DNA of 63,739 nt, filler included, from an uncultured Methanosarcinales archaeon (GCA_964604995.1; 3 parts of 3 records of this genome joined end to end with filler, not necessarily neighbours in it); one strand, 5' to 3'; numbered from the whole stretch's first letter, positions 49,744-59,523 are shown. Notes: generated by a model from the letters alone, not told the origin. Numbers and translations: made by a program.

Positions 49744-50829
49744 ATGAAAATCTTAACATTAAATGTCGGAAGCTCGAGTGTAAAATATAGTATTTATTTT
49801 GATTTGAAATTAGTAGACCACAAAAATTTTCAAAATATATCAAATAAAAATAATCGCAAAAAAGTTGTTTTAAAAATATTTGAAAAAATAAAAAAAAATA
49901 GAATTGAACTTGATGCAATTGCACATAGAGTTGTGCATGGTGGAAACATTACAAAAACAAGTGTTGTTAATTCAAAATTACTTGATGAAATCAAAAAAGC
50001 AAGTGAATTTGCACCATTACATAACCTACCTGAAATTGAAGTATTGCAACTTTGTATGAAACAATTTAAGGACTCTAAAATTAAACAAGTTGCAGTATTT
50101 GATACTGCATATCATTCTACTTTAAGTTTAAAATCAGCTGCTTACCCGATTCCATTTTCATTTTATAAAAAAGGGATTAGAAAATATGGATTTCATGGAA
50201 TATCCCACAGATATGTTACAAGAGGGTTAAAAGGTAAAGTTATAAGCTGCCATTTAGGAAATGGCTGCTCGATTTGTGCTATTGAAAATGGAAAAAGTGT
50301 TGATACTTCAATGGGATTAACTCCACTTGATGGAATTATGATGGGAACAAGATCTGGCAGTTTAGATCCAGCTGTAGTTGAACATCTAATGAAACATGGA
50401 AAGATGAAAATTAGTGGAGTAATTGAACTTTTGAATAAAAAATCAGGTTTACTTGGAATTTCTAATCTTACTAATGATATGTTAACTCTTCTTAAAAAAC
50501 AAAAGAATGATTCAAAAGCAAAGCTTGCTATTGATATGTTTGTTGATAGAATAGTTAAACAAATTGGAGCATATGTTGCTGTTTTAAATGGAGCGGATAC
50601 TTTAGTTTTTACTGCAGGCATTGGAGAGAACAATGCGTATTTAAGGGGAAGAATCTGTGAATCCTTATCTTTTATGGGATTAAAATTGGATTCGATGAAG
50701 AATGAATCCAATGCAAAAATAATATCTTCTAAAGTATCAAAAGTTAAAGTAATGGTTATTCCTACAAATGAAGAGAGTGAAATGGTTTTACAGTGTATTG
50801 ATGTTTTAAACCCAAAAATAAAGAAATAA
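49744..50829 (+). CDS. ackA: Acetate kinase
   Basis: NVGSSSVK, HRVVHGG, APLHN, YGFHGISH, HLGNG, MGTRSG, FTAGIGEN, PTNEE. Confidence 0.96.
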   Translation: MKILTLNVGSSSVKYSIYFDLKLVDHKNFQNISNKNNRKKVVLKIFEKIKKNRIELDAIAHRVVHGGNITKTSVVNSKLLDEIKKASEFAPLHNLPEIEVLQLCMKQFKDSKIKQVAVFDTAYHSTLSLKSAAYPIPFSFYKKGIRKYGFHGISHRYVTRGLKGKVISCHLGNGCSICAIENGKSVDTSMGLTPLDGIMMGTRSGSLDPAVVEHLMKHGKMKISGVIELLNKKSGLLGISNLTNDMLTLLKKQKNDSKAKLAIDMFVDRIVKQIGAYVAVLNGADTLVFTAGIGENNAYLRGRICESLSFMGLKLDSMKNESNAKIISSKVSKVKVMVIPTNEESEMVLQCIDVLNPKIKK

Positions 50830-51006
50830 AGTAAAAAATAAAATATTAAATTAGAATTAGAGGAATAGACCAAAAAATATATATAAAGCTTCTGAGCATA
50901 AATGAGAATAAGTAGTTGAAAAACTATTAAGAAACAAATAACATAACCATCGATAAACATAAAGAGAATAAATGCTAAAAGTGTGGGAAAAAAAGAAGGT
51001 GCATTG

Positions 51007-51579
51007 ATGGAAGGTCATGACGTAGGAGCCTTGTTTAAAAAATATGGATTTGTAAATAAATCTGGCGAAGCTGAATTTGAAAGTATTGAACTTGCAAGCG
51101 CTAGAAAAGGCGGCAAAGTTTATGGAACAACGCATTATCCGCCACCTGCACATAGATATTTCTTAGTTTATGAAGACCATAAACTTTCAATAGAAGAAAC
51201 TTATTTTTGGCAGCTTGACTGGGTGATATTTAACCAAGGATATCCAAAAGAGTGGATAGTCAAAATCAAAGATGTTTTTACTGCTTCTGAACAATCTAGT
51301 TTTTTTGGCGCAGCCTGGCAAAGAATTGGACTGCAACAAGACAAAGTTAGCCAATTTTTAGCTACAATTGGTAAAATGGTAAAAGAATTATTCCAACTTG
51401 TTAGGGAACTTAGAATAATTGATGAAAGATTATCTTACTACAGAGATAGTTTTAAAACAGGAAAAGGAAGTGAAAGCGCTGAAATTACACTTAAAGGAAT
51501 ATGGATAGATTTAGTTGAGCAAGGAAGCAAAAATCCCGCTTCAGTTTATGGAATGGCAAGAGAGCTGCAATTTATTGTT
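51007..51579 (+). CDS. Hypothetical protein (3' end lost in gap)
   Basis: SD GAAGGTG; well-structured ORF (DVFTASEQSSFFG, QDKVSQFLATIGKMVKELFQLVRELR) running into the N gap. Confidence 0.8.
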
Positions 51580-51679
51580 NNNNNNNNNNNNNNNNNNNNN
51601 NNNNNNNNNNNNNNNNNNNNNNNTTAATTAATTAANNNNNNNNNNNNNNNNNNNNNNNNNNNNNNNNNNNNNNNNNNNN
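51580..51679. other. Artificial contig-joining spacer
   Basis: N44-TTAATTAATTAA-N44. Confidence 0.97.
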
Positions 51680-51721
51680 TAGCACAATTTTTAGTAAATT
51701 AAACAAGAAAATAATTACTTT

Positions 51722-52732
51722 TTAATTTTTCTTAAATAAGGATTTTATTTTATCACTAAGACCTGTTTTTTTATTATCGTCTTCCATTGGAAAATTTAAT
51801 GAATCATCATTAAAATCAGGTAAATCTCCAAATGCTTTTTCTTTTTCTTCAATTGCTGGGACATTTGGTGCCTTTATTTGGTCAGGTGGTTCTTCTCTTG
51901 TAACCTCCATTGTACTATTTGGATTCCATTCAGTATTTACTTGTTGCTGTGAATTTATTACATTGGCTGCTGCAACAGCTTCATTTATATCAAATCCTGA
52001 ACCAAAATCTTCTACTTGTTCATCTTCACTATTCTGTTCTTCAGGTATCTGTTCATTTTGATCTTCATCATTATTTTCAATCAAAGGCGCATTATCATTA
52101 CTCTCTTCTTTAATATCCTTTTCATCATCTAAATTATCTTCTTGGTCAGAGTTATTTTGTGTTTCAGATATCAAATCATTCATTTGATTGGTTATTTCAT
52201 CTTGTGGCAAGTCACCTAATCTTTTTTTTGCATCTTCAATTCTTTTTATTAAAACATCTATTTGTGAGGGTGATAATTTTCTTTTTTTCTTCAATTCATC
52301 TAATTTGGATTCGAGTTCAACAATTTTACTGTTTAATATTTGAGCAGTATCTTTTTGCTGATTTTTTTTTGAAATCAAATAAATCCTATTCTCAAGCTGT
52401 TTTACTTTACGATCTCTTTGTTTGATTATTCTATCATAATGTTCTTTCAAATCATCAATTCTAGATTTTAATCTTTCAATTAATGCTGCATCTTCTGCAG
52501 AAGAATCTTGGGTTGTCTCATCCATAAATGCTTCTCTTAATTTAATTTCATAATCTTCAATTTTATCACTTGCTTCTTGGGGATTTCTAATTAGCAATTT
52601 TTGTATTTCTCTTAATTCTAAAAAAAGATCTTCTCTGTTGCCCCTTCTTGGTTTTTGTATTTGTGCAGCTTCAGATAGTTTACTAAATGCTTTAGAAACA
52701 GCTCCAACATTAATTTTGCTTAAGTCTGCCAT
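51722..52732 (-). CDS. Coiled-coil protein with acidic disordered tail
   Basis: 336-aa ORF, heptads, D/E/N-rich C-half, ends KKTGLSDKIKSLFKKN. Confidence 0.8.
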   Translation of the reverse strand: MADLSKINVGAVSKAFSKLSEAAQIQKPRRGNREDLFLELREIQKLLIRNPQEASDKIEDYEIKLREAFMDETTQDSSAEDAALIERLKSRIDDLKEHYDRIIKQRDRKVKQLENRIYLISKKNQQKDTAQILNSKIVELESKLDELKKKRKLSPSQIDVLIKRIEDAKKRLGDLPQDEITNQMNDLISETQNNSDQEDNLDDEKDIKEESNDNAPLIENNDEDQNEQIPEEQNSEDEQVEDFGSGFDINEAVAAANVINSQQQVNTEWNPNSTMEVTREEPPDQIKAPNVPAIEEKEKAFGDLPDFNDDSLNFPMEDDNKKTGLSDKIKSLFKKN

Positions 52733-52747
52733 TTTATTTTTATTAAG

Positions 52748-53365
52748 TTAACCAAACATTCCTTTTTTCTTATCTGTATTTGGCATTTGACCCATTGAAA
52801 AAGGTGGCGGTGGCATATTTGATTGTGGTGGAAGAGTTTGATTACCTAAAGGAGGAAAACTTTGAAATGGTGGAGGTGCTTGTTGATTTTGAGAAATATT
52901 TCCTCTTTGTTGATTATTAAATGGTTGATTACTAAATTGTCCAGGATTAGTAGGAAGTGTAGGCGGAGTTTGAATCATATTTGGAGGAGCTCTTAATGGC
53001 GGGGGAATTGCACCAAAATTAGATTGCATTTGTCTTGGTCTATTTTGCTGAGCAGTTAATTTTCTAATCATTTCAGCAAGTGAAACAATTCCTTGCGCTA
53101 TTTTTCTATTCTCATCGATTAATGTTTCTAATTTTCTTAAAATTTCTTTTTGTGTATCAATTTCAGAATTATCAGGTGTATCTTTAGCATATTTAAACAT
53201 AGCTAAAAGTTCGCTAACTTCATCATTAAGATGTCCAATAGATTCTTGTAGAGTTTGACCTGCTTTAGTTGTTGTACTAGGTACAGATTTTAACTTTTCT
53301 ATCTCAGACTTTAGTTCTTCGAGCTGTTTATGAGGAGTCAGCTCATATTCTTCCTCTTCAGGCAT
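52748..53365 (-). CDS. Coiled-coil protein with Pro/Gln-rich tail
   Basis: SD GAGGTGG; EYELTPHKQLEELKSEIEKLK; PPP repeats; ends KKKGMFG. Confidence 0.82.
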   Translation of the reverse strand: MPEEEEYELTPHKQLEELKSEIEKLKSVPSTTTKAGQTLQESIGHLNDEVSELLAMFKYAKDTPDNSEIDTQKEILRKLETLIDENRKIAQGIVSLAEMIRKLTAQQNRPRQMQSNFGAIPPPLRAPPNMIQTPPTLPTNPGQFSNQPFNNQQRGNISQNQQAPPPFQSFPPLGNQTLPPQSNMPPPPFSMGQMPNTDKKKGMFG

Positions 53366-53425
53366 CCATCCACCTCTTTTAAAGTATGATGCTTATGATT
53401 TGCGTATTTTTTATTCTTCTATTTA

Positions 53426-53478
53426 TATATAAAACTTCAATATATAAAACTTTCGCACAGTTAAAACTTTCGCATAGT
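53426..53478 (-). promoter_or_regulatory. Tandemly duplicated BRE/TATA promoter
   Basis: TAAAACTTTCGCACAGT / TAAAACTTTCGCATAGT at 53445-53478; TATATAAAACT at 53426 and 53441; the minus strand reads GCGAAAGTTTTATATA. Confidence 0.55.
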
Positions 53479-53533
53479 TTTGGGGATGTTATAGAAATTT
53501 CAGTTATTTTAGTTATGTAGTTATTCCCCCGGG

Positions 53534-54973
53534 TTATTCTTCTGGCTCAACATGCACAACAACTTTTCTAATATTTGGAAGTTTTTCTCTGGTTAAATAT
53601 TCAAGTCTTGAAGCTGCAGTGTGCGCTTCTTCTAAAGGAGTATTTTCTTTGGTATAACAATGCACGCTAATGGTTATTTTATTTTCAAGTACGGTTCCAA
53701 TTAAATCATGTGGTGTGTGAAGGGGCATACAATCTTTAACTATTTTAGCGATAGCTGTTTGAATTTTATCAATCTCTTTTTTTTGAAGAGGCAAAGCCGA
53801 TAAAATTTCTTTTTGCAAAGGTTCAATATGTGTATTAAACTTTACATTTTTACCTAATTCTTTTTTTATATAATCTTCAAGTTGTGTTGCTATGTCATGA
53901 GCTTTCTTAACAGTAAATGTGTTTTGAACTTCCAAATCATAACTTACATACTTGATTTTACCATGGCTAATAACTACAACATCATGAACATGTAATCCTT
54001 TATTTGCAGCTGTTAGTTGTATTAATTCAACAATACTTTCATTGCTTAATTGTATTGGTTTAGTGTGAATAACAATATCAGCTCCGGGAATCTTTTCTAA
54101 TACTTTTTTTTCAACATTCATCACAATCTCATGAACACTAGTAGCTGTTAATTTTCTATCAACTTGTATAACAAAATCAATGAAAACAGTCGGACCCATT
54201 GGTCTTACTCTTATTTTTTCAATTGCTCTAACTTCTTTTACTTGTGATGAAGCAAATTTTACAGTTTGTGCAATTCCAGCTGGCGCTGAATCAATTAATA
54301 CATCGATTGTTCTTTTGCCTAATCTATAACCTGCAATTATAACAAAAACTGCAACTCCCATTGCAGCTATGGCATCAGCACCTTTTATTCCAAAAGAGAC
54401 AAAAATCAAACCTATCAATACTACAGCCGAACTCCAAATATCTGAACTAAAATGTAAAGCATCTGCTTCTAAAGCTTGGCTTTGTGTTTTATCTGCAACT
54501 TTTTTCAATGCACGTGATCTTGAGTAATCAACTACAATTGATAAAATTATTACAGCAAAAGCATACCATGTAACATCAATCTCGACATTTTTTAAAAATA
54601 ATCTATGTACTGCTTCATAAACAATCCAAATACTTGTAATAAATAAAAGACCTGTTTCACCTAAAGCTGAAACACTTTCAACTTTTCCGTGTCCATAAGG
54701 GTGAGACTCATCAGCAGGTTTGTCCCCAATTTTTACAGCAAAATAAGTCATTATTGCAGCTGCTAAATCCAAAGCAGAGTGTGCAGCTTCTGAGATTATA
54801 CCTATACTTCCTGTAAGAATACCAACAACAAATTTAGTGATTGTTAAAAGTAAACTTGCAAAAACCGAACTTAATGCGACAGATTTTTTTTCATTAGAAT
54901 GATTTATTTTTGTTGTACTATTTGTTGTATTGTTCTTAAGGATATTTTTTATCATTTTATACCTAAAAGTCAT
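53534..54973 (-). CDS. Cation diffusion facilitator (FieF-like) with three C-terminal dimerisation domains
   Basis: EAAHSALD, HPYGHGKVE, DALHFSSD; three HxEP/HTKP-ending domains. Confidence 0.92.
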   Translation of the reverse strand: MTFRYKMIKNILKNNTTNSTTKINHSNEKKSVALSSVFASLLLTITKFVVGILTGSIGIISEAAHSALDLAAAIMTYFAVKIGDKPADESHPYGHGKVESVSALGETGLLFITSIWIVYEAVHRLFLKNVEIDVTWYAFAVIILSIVVDYSRSRALKKVADKTQSQALEADALHFSSDIWSSAVVLIGLIFVSFGIKGADAIAAMGVAVFVIIAGYRLGKRTIDVLIDSAPAGIAQTVKFASSQVKEVRAIEKIRVRPMGPTVFIDFVIQVDRKLTATSVHEIVMNVEKKVLEKIPGADIVIHTKPIQLSNESIVELIQLTAANKGLHVHDVVVISHGKIKYVSYDLEVQNTFTVKKAHDIATQLEDYIKKELGKNVKFNTHIEPLQKEILSALPLQKKEIDKIQTAIAKIVKDCMPLHTPHDLIGTVLENKITISVHCYTKENTPLEEAHTAASRLEYLTREKLPNIRKVVVHVEPEE

Positions 54974-55013
54974 TACCGTCTTAAATAGTTTATGATATAT
55001 CTATTATAATCTA

Positions 55014-55529
55014 TTATGATCTATTCATAAGGTATGTTTCTCTTATCAATTTTTCTTTACACAATATTTCAACAACATGAAATTCTTTAATTTCAATGGA
55101 ATTTTCTTTTAAGCTATCTGAAAAATTATAAACTTCTGACATATTTGTAAATAAAGATTCAATAAAATAATCCTCCCCTCCTGTTATTCTAAAACAATCA
55201 TTAATCATATTTTTTCCTTCAATAAATTCTTTAATAATATCTTTAGTAGTTTCTTTAGTGTTAACATTATCATCATCTAAAAAATCAATTTTTCTATTTT
55301 TTCTATTTATTCTAATTATAAAACAAACTCGTAGGGGGTATCCTATTTTTTTATAATTTGGTTCACAATAACATCTTATTATTTTTTCTTGCTGCAGATT
55401 TTTTAGAAGGTTATGGACATAAGCAATTGAAATGCCTATTTTTTTAGATAAATCAACTAAAGTAATTCTGCTGTTAGTGCGTATAACGGATATTAAAGCA
55501 AGTTTTTGATTTGAAATTTCTTGTTTCAT
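55014..55529 (-). CDS. Lrp/AsnC-family transcriptional regulator
   Basis: NSRITLVDLSKKIGIS HTH, YKKIG, RITGGEDY. Confidence 0.85.
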   Translation of the reverse strand: MKQEISNQKLALISVIRTNSRITLVDLSKKIGISIAYVHNLLKNLQQEKIIRCYCEPNYKKIGYPLRVCFIIRINRKNRKIDFLDDDNVNTKETTKDIIKEFIEGKNMINDCFRITGGEDYFIESLFTNMSEVYNFSDSLKENSIEIKEFHVVEILCKEKLIRETYLMNRS

Positions 55530-55667
55530 TAAATATGATTGGGATTTAGAATTTAAATGTATTTACCATAATAAATCGAAAATTTTCCGAATTATTTAAT
55601 TTTTATGGTTGTTTTGTCTTAGGATATTTTTGTCTTTAAATATTATTTTCAATATTTTTTTATCTTT

Positions 55668-56417
55668 TTAAATTATTAATCTAGTTTCTGGTTCAGGTAC
55701 AAACGCATTGATTTTTGCTTCTTTGATTAAACGTTGAATCTTTGACATTTGATTTCTTTCTTCTGAATCCATGTGAACAAATGCCATTGCTTTTAATTTA
55801 AGTTCTTTGTATAATCTTATTAATTCAACAATACTAGAATGAGTATCATTTTTAGTTTCGATTGTAAAAGCATCATGGATTAAAAGATCGCATCCTTTGT
55901 AAAGTTTTATAGTTTCATTATTAAAATCTCCGTCTCCGGAATAAACTATTGTTTTACCATTTGATTTTAAGCTTATTGCAAAGTTTGGCATTTGCCCGTG
56001 ATTTGTTTTTGCTATTTTAATTTCAAATTCATTGAATTTAATTTTTTGTGTTTGTGCACTAATTTGTAAGAAATTAACTGGAAACTTTATTGCAGTTTGC
56101 ATATCTGGCCAGTGTTTTTTAAGAGTATCTTTTAATCCATCTAAAACTTCTTTTTGTGCAATAATTTTTATTGGTTTTTTTCTATTTACTGTTCTCATAA
56201 ACAATAACAATGCAGGAAGACCAAAACAATGATCAAAATGAAGATGGCTAATGTAAATAGCATCTAAATTTTTAAGAAGTAATTTATCTTTAGTTATTGT
56301 TCTAACAATTCCATAACCAACATCAAGAAGAATGCTGCTTTTTTCTTCGACTAATATTGAAACATTTTCATATTTGTCGTCTATAGCAGCTCCAACACCT
56401 AGGAATTTTATTTTCAT
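55668..56417 (-). CDS. Metallo-beta-lactamase-fold hydrolase, RNase Z-like
   Basis: FLGVG, LLDVG, SHLHFDH, YSGD, LIHDA, HS, VH. Confidence 0.85.
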   Translation of the reverse strand: MKIKFLGVGAAIDDKYENVSILVEEKSSILLDVGYGIVRTITKDKLLLKNLDAIYISHLHFDHCFGLPALLLFMRTVNRKKPIKIIAQKEVLDGLKDTLKKHWPDMQTAIKFPVNFLQISAQTQKIKFNEFEIKIAKTNHGQMPNFAISLKSNGKTIVYSGDGDFNNETIKLYKGCDLLIHDAFTIETKNDTHSSIVELIRLYKELKLKAMAFVHMDSEERNQMSKIQRLIKEAKINAFVPEPETRLII

Positions 56418-56556
56418 AATACACTATCAAATGTTATTGTATAAAAATATTATCAATGCACTAATATAAATTACCGGTGTTCTAAGATAATAATTAGGGT
56501 AATTTATCTTGTAAGAATAAGTAAGATTTATAATCTACTCAATTTTTTTATTTATT

Positions 56557-58254
56557 ATGAAACTTCTAGGAAAAGAAATATCTGGCTCTTTTACAATCCC
56601 CTCTGGAATTATAACAACAACTGCAGGCATAATCAAAAAATTCTCTGAAAATATACCTCAAGTGGGTGTTATTACAACAAAAAGTATAGGTTTAATGCCA
56701 AAATCTGGAAATCCTGAACCAATTTATGCTGAATTAAATGAAATGGGTACTTACATTAATGCAGTTGGACTTGCAAATCCAGGATGCGATGCTTTCTTTG
56801 AAGAACTTAAAGAAATTTACCCTCTAGAAAATAAATTTTTACTGGTTTCAATATTTGGTTCAACTCCTGAAGAATTGATTAAAGTAGCACAAAAACTTGA
56901 ATTAGTTGCAGATGGGTTTGAACTTAATTTTTCTTGCCCTCATGCAGATAAAGGTTATGGTATGGATATTGGAAGTTCATCTGATTTAACTTTACTTTAC
57001 ACAAAAGCAGTAAAAGAAAAAATATCTAAACCTATTTTTATAAAATTAACTCCGAATGTTTCTAATTTTGAAGAAATTGTTAAATCAGCAATTACTGCAG
57101 GTGCAGATGGAATAACTGCAATAAATACTGTTGGTCCAAAAGAGAGCAATATTTTAAGCAAAGGTAAAGGCGGTGTATCTGGAAGTTTTGTAAAACCTAA
57201 AGCATTAGAATGTGTTTCAATTGTTCGAAAAGTTGCAAATGAACTTGGTAAAAATAAAAATTATCCAATAATTGGCATGGGCGGAATATCAGATGCAAAT
57301 GATGTTTTAGAATTTGAAAAAGCAGGTGCAACAATTTTTGGAATAGGTTCAGCCTTAACTGGTCTTGATACTAATTTACTTAAAGATTATTTTTTGCAAC
57401 TTGAATCTGATTTGAAAAATAAAACAAATGATTGTAAAAAATTTTTAATTGACAAAAAAATAATGACTTATCACAATTTTAAAATTATATCTATTGAATT
57501 AGTTGATTCTGATTTAAAAATATTTCACTTCGATAAATCAATTGAGGAGGCTAAAGCTGGCCAGTTTGTGTTTTGCTTTATTCCCGGCTTTGGTGAAAAA
57601 CCAATTTCAATTGCATATAATGAACCATTGATGTTAGTTGTTCGTGCTATCGGTCCATTTACTAAAAAAATGTTTGAGCTAAAATCTGGAGATTCAATAA
57701 AAATAAGAGGCCCTTATGGAACACATTATCATTTAAGAGAAATGGAAAATGCAGTTCTTGTAGGTGGTGGAACAGGAATTGCTCCACTTTATTTTCTTGC
57801 AAAAAAGCAAAAGCCTTTGGCAGTTTTTATTGGCGGAAGATTAGCTAGTCAAATTATTCTAAAAAATGAATTTGAAAAAATATGTCCTGGAAATGTGTTT
57901 GTTTCAACCAACGATGGTAGTTTAGGCTACAAAGGATTTGTTACAGATTTATTAAAAGAAAAATTACATTCTGGGAAATTTAAAATGTATAGTTTTGCAG
58001 TTGCTGGTCCTGAAATAATGATGAAAAAAGCAGCAGAAATTGCTGAATCCTATTTACCAAAACATAAAGTTATTCTTTCAGTTGAAAGATATTTTAAGTG
58101 CGGAGTTGGAATTTGTGGAATTTGTGAATGTAGCGGACTTAGAATGTGCATTGATGGACCTATTCTTCCAATTACTGAAGTTGAATCGGACTTTGGGAAA
58201 TATCACCGAGATAAAACTGGTAAAAAAGAAGAATTTCAATTTCCAACTAAATAA
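56557..58254 (+). CDS. pyrD: Fused dihydroorotate dehydrogenase (PyrD) and electron-transfer subunit (PyrK)
   Basis: N-half: TKS, NAVGLANPG, ELNFSCPH, KLTPN, GGVSG, GMGGI. C-half: GQFVF, EKPISIA, RGPYG, GGGTGIAP, CGVGICGIC...CIDGP. Confidence 0.88.
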   Translation: MKLLGKEISGSFTIPSGIITTTAGIIKKFSENIPQVGVITTKSIGLMPKSGNPEPIYAELNEMGTYINAVGLANPGCDAFFEELKEIYPLENKFLLVSIFGSTPEELIKVAQKLELVADGFELNFSCPHADKGYGMDIGSSSDLTLLYTKAVKEKISKPIFIKLTPNVSNFEEIVKSAITAGADGITAINTVGPKESNILSKGKGGVSGSFVKPKALECVSIVRKVANELGKNKNYPIIGMGGISDANDVLEFEKAGATIFGIGSALTGLDTNLLKDYFLQLESDLKNKTNDCKKFLIDKKIMTYHNFKIISIELVDSDLKIFHFDKSIEEAKAGQFVFCFIPGFGEKPISIAYNEPLMLVVRAIGPFTKKMFELKSGDSIKIRGPYGTHYHLREMENAVLVGGGTGIAPLYFLAKKQKPLAVFIGGRLASQIILKNEFEKICPGNVFVSTNDGSLGYKGFVTDLLKEKLHSGKFKMYSFAVAGPEIMMKKAAEIAESYLPKHKVILSVERYFKCGVGICGICECSGLRMCIDGPILPITEVESDFGKYHRDKTGKKEEFQFPTK

Positions 58255-58466
58255 TAAACTAAATAAATAATTACTTTCTTGTTATCAAACACAAAATATT
58301 TATAGTTATTCATCCAAAGAATATTCTAAATTAGTATAGTTTTGTGTATATGTTATACATTCCTATAACAGCATTAAAGCGATAATTAACGATAAATAGC
58401 GATATTTACTGTAATATAATTGCGAAGGTGTAATGCATAAAACTTAGCAAACACGATCAATTTGTT

Positions 58467-58718
58467 GTGGAATTGTGCAATAAAATCAGGGATGAATACG
58501 ATTCCCTATCTTCTCATGTTGTTATTCAAAGTGAAAAATGTAAACTTGCTGAAATTGATATTCTAGCTAAAAAAGGTGATATTGTTGATTGTTATGAAGT
58601 TAAATGTTCACATAGAATAGTAAAAGCAAGGCATCAGATAAATCGTTTAAGAAAATATATTAAATTTGAAAAAGGTTATTTTTATTGTGGAACATCTGGA
58701 ATGCTTGTAGTATTGTAA
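58467..58718 (+). CDS. Small PD-(D/E)XK nuclease-fold protein (true start probably upstream, about 58437)
   Basis: AEIDILA...YEVKC...ARHQ motif. Confidence 0.7.
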   Translation: MELCNKIRDEYDSLSSHVVIQSEKCKLAEIDILAKKGDIVDCYEVKCSHRIVKARHQINRLRKYIKFEKGYFYCGTSGMLVVL

Positions 58719-58769
58719 AAGGGGGCAATATTGCATAAATTATTATATTCATACTTTTAATTTATTTTT

Positions 58770-59300
58770 ATGGATTTACTTGTCACACTTAGGGATTCTG
58801 ATTTTAGTTTGCCATTAGTTAAGGTTGATAAATGGGAAAATAGAATTTGTGCAAGAGCGGTTCTGATAAAAAAAGTTAAGAACAGTTACGAAATTGCATT
58901 AATCAATGTAACCAAAGAAAACTTTTATTCTTTACCCGGTGGGGGAATTGATGGAAATGAAACAATTCATGCAGGATTAATTAGGGAAGTTTTAGAAGAA
59001 ACTGGTTGTGATGCACAAATAATTTGTGAAATTGGAATAATTGAAGAATTTATGTCAGATATCAAAAGACATCAAGTTAATCATTATTTTATTTGCAAAG
59101 CTGTAAATATTGGGACTCCCATTTATACTGATTTTGAAAAATCAAGGGGATTCAAAATTGAATGGGTGAATATTGATAAAGGAATTATAATTATGAAAAA
59201 TTCAATTGCTGATAATTACCTTAAAAATTTCATATTAAGAAAAAATTTACTTGTTTTGACAAAGGCAAAAGAAATATTATCAAAAAACAATTTTATTTAA
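58770..59300 (+). CDS. NUDIX hydrolase
   Basis: LPGGGIDGNE.....LIREVLEETG Nudix box. Confidence 0.92.
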   Translation: MDLLVTLRDSDFSLPLVKVDKWENRICARAVLIKKVKNSYEIALINVTKENFYSLPGGGIDGNETIHAGLIREVLEETGCDAQIICEIGIIEEFMSDIKRHQVNHYFICKAVNIGTPIYTDFEKSRGFKIEWVNIDKGIIIMKNSIADNYLKNFILRKNLLVLTKAKEILSKNNFI

Positions 59301-59356
59301 CGACTATAAAAATGGGTGCGAGCATTAATAAAAAAATAATCAAAAATTAATTACTT

Positions 59357-59523
59357 AAGAATTCTTCATATACAATGTTCTTGTTGGAAAAGCCAGAGCT
59401 GACCTCAGCTCGCACGGAAGCGAAAGAGACGTTGCTTTGCAAGTCTCTTGCACTGCTAATAAAATAATCTTTATCTACAAAATCAAGAATTCTTCATATA
59501 CAATGTTCTTGTTGGGAAAGCCA
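59357..59523. repeat. 39-bp direct repeat (3' end of mscS) flanking an 89-bp hairpin-rich insert
   Basis: 59357-59395 vs 59485-59523, 38/39 identical; hairpins at 59396-59411 and 59424-59449. Confidence 0.85.

Noticed and set aside
50193..50960. 255-aa minus-strand ORF, and the many other 60-160 aa antisense ORFs in the track
   Set aside because: They overlap confident genes on the opposite strand (here ackA) and have the F/S/I/L-rich composition typical of shadow ORFs.
59396..59457. Possible hammerhead ribozyme or tRNA fragment
   Set aside because: GAAA and stems are present but the CUGANGA core is not (CTGACCT); no T-loop or anticodon arm pattern.
59357..59523. Possible CRISPR mini-array or DGR TR/VR pair
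   Set aside because: Only two copies, an 89-nt spacer, the repeat is mscS coding sequence, the differences are silent rather than diversifying, and no cas or reverse transcriptase gene is in the window.
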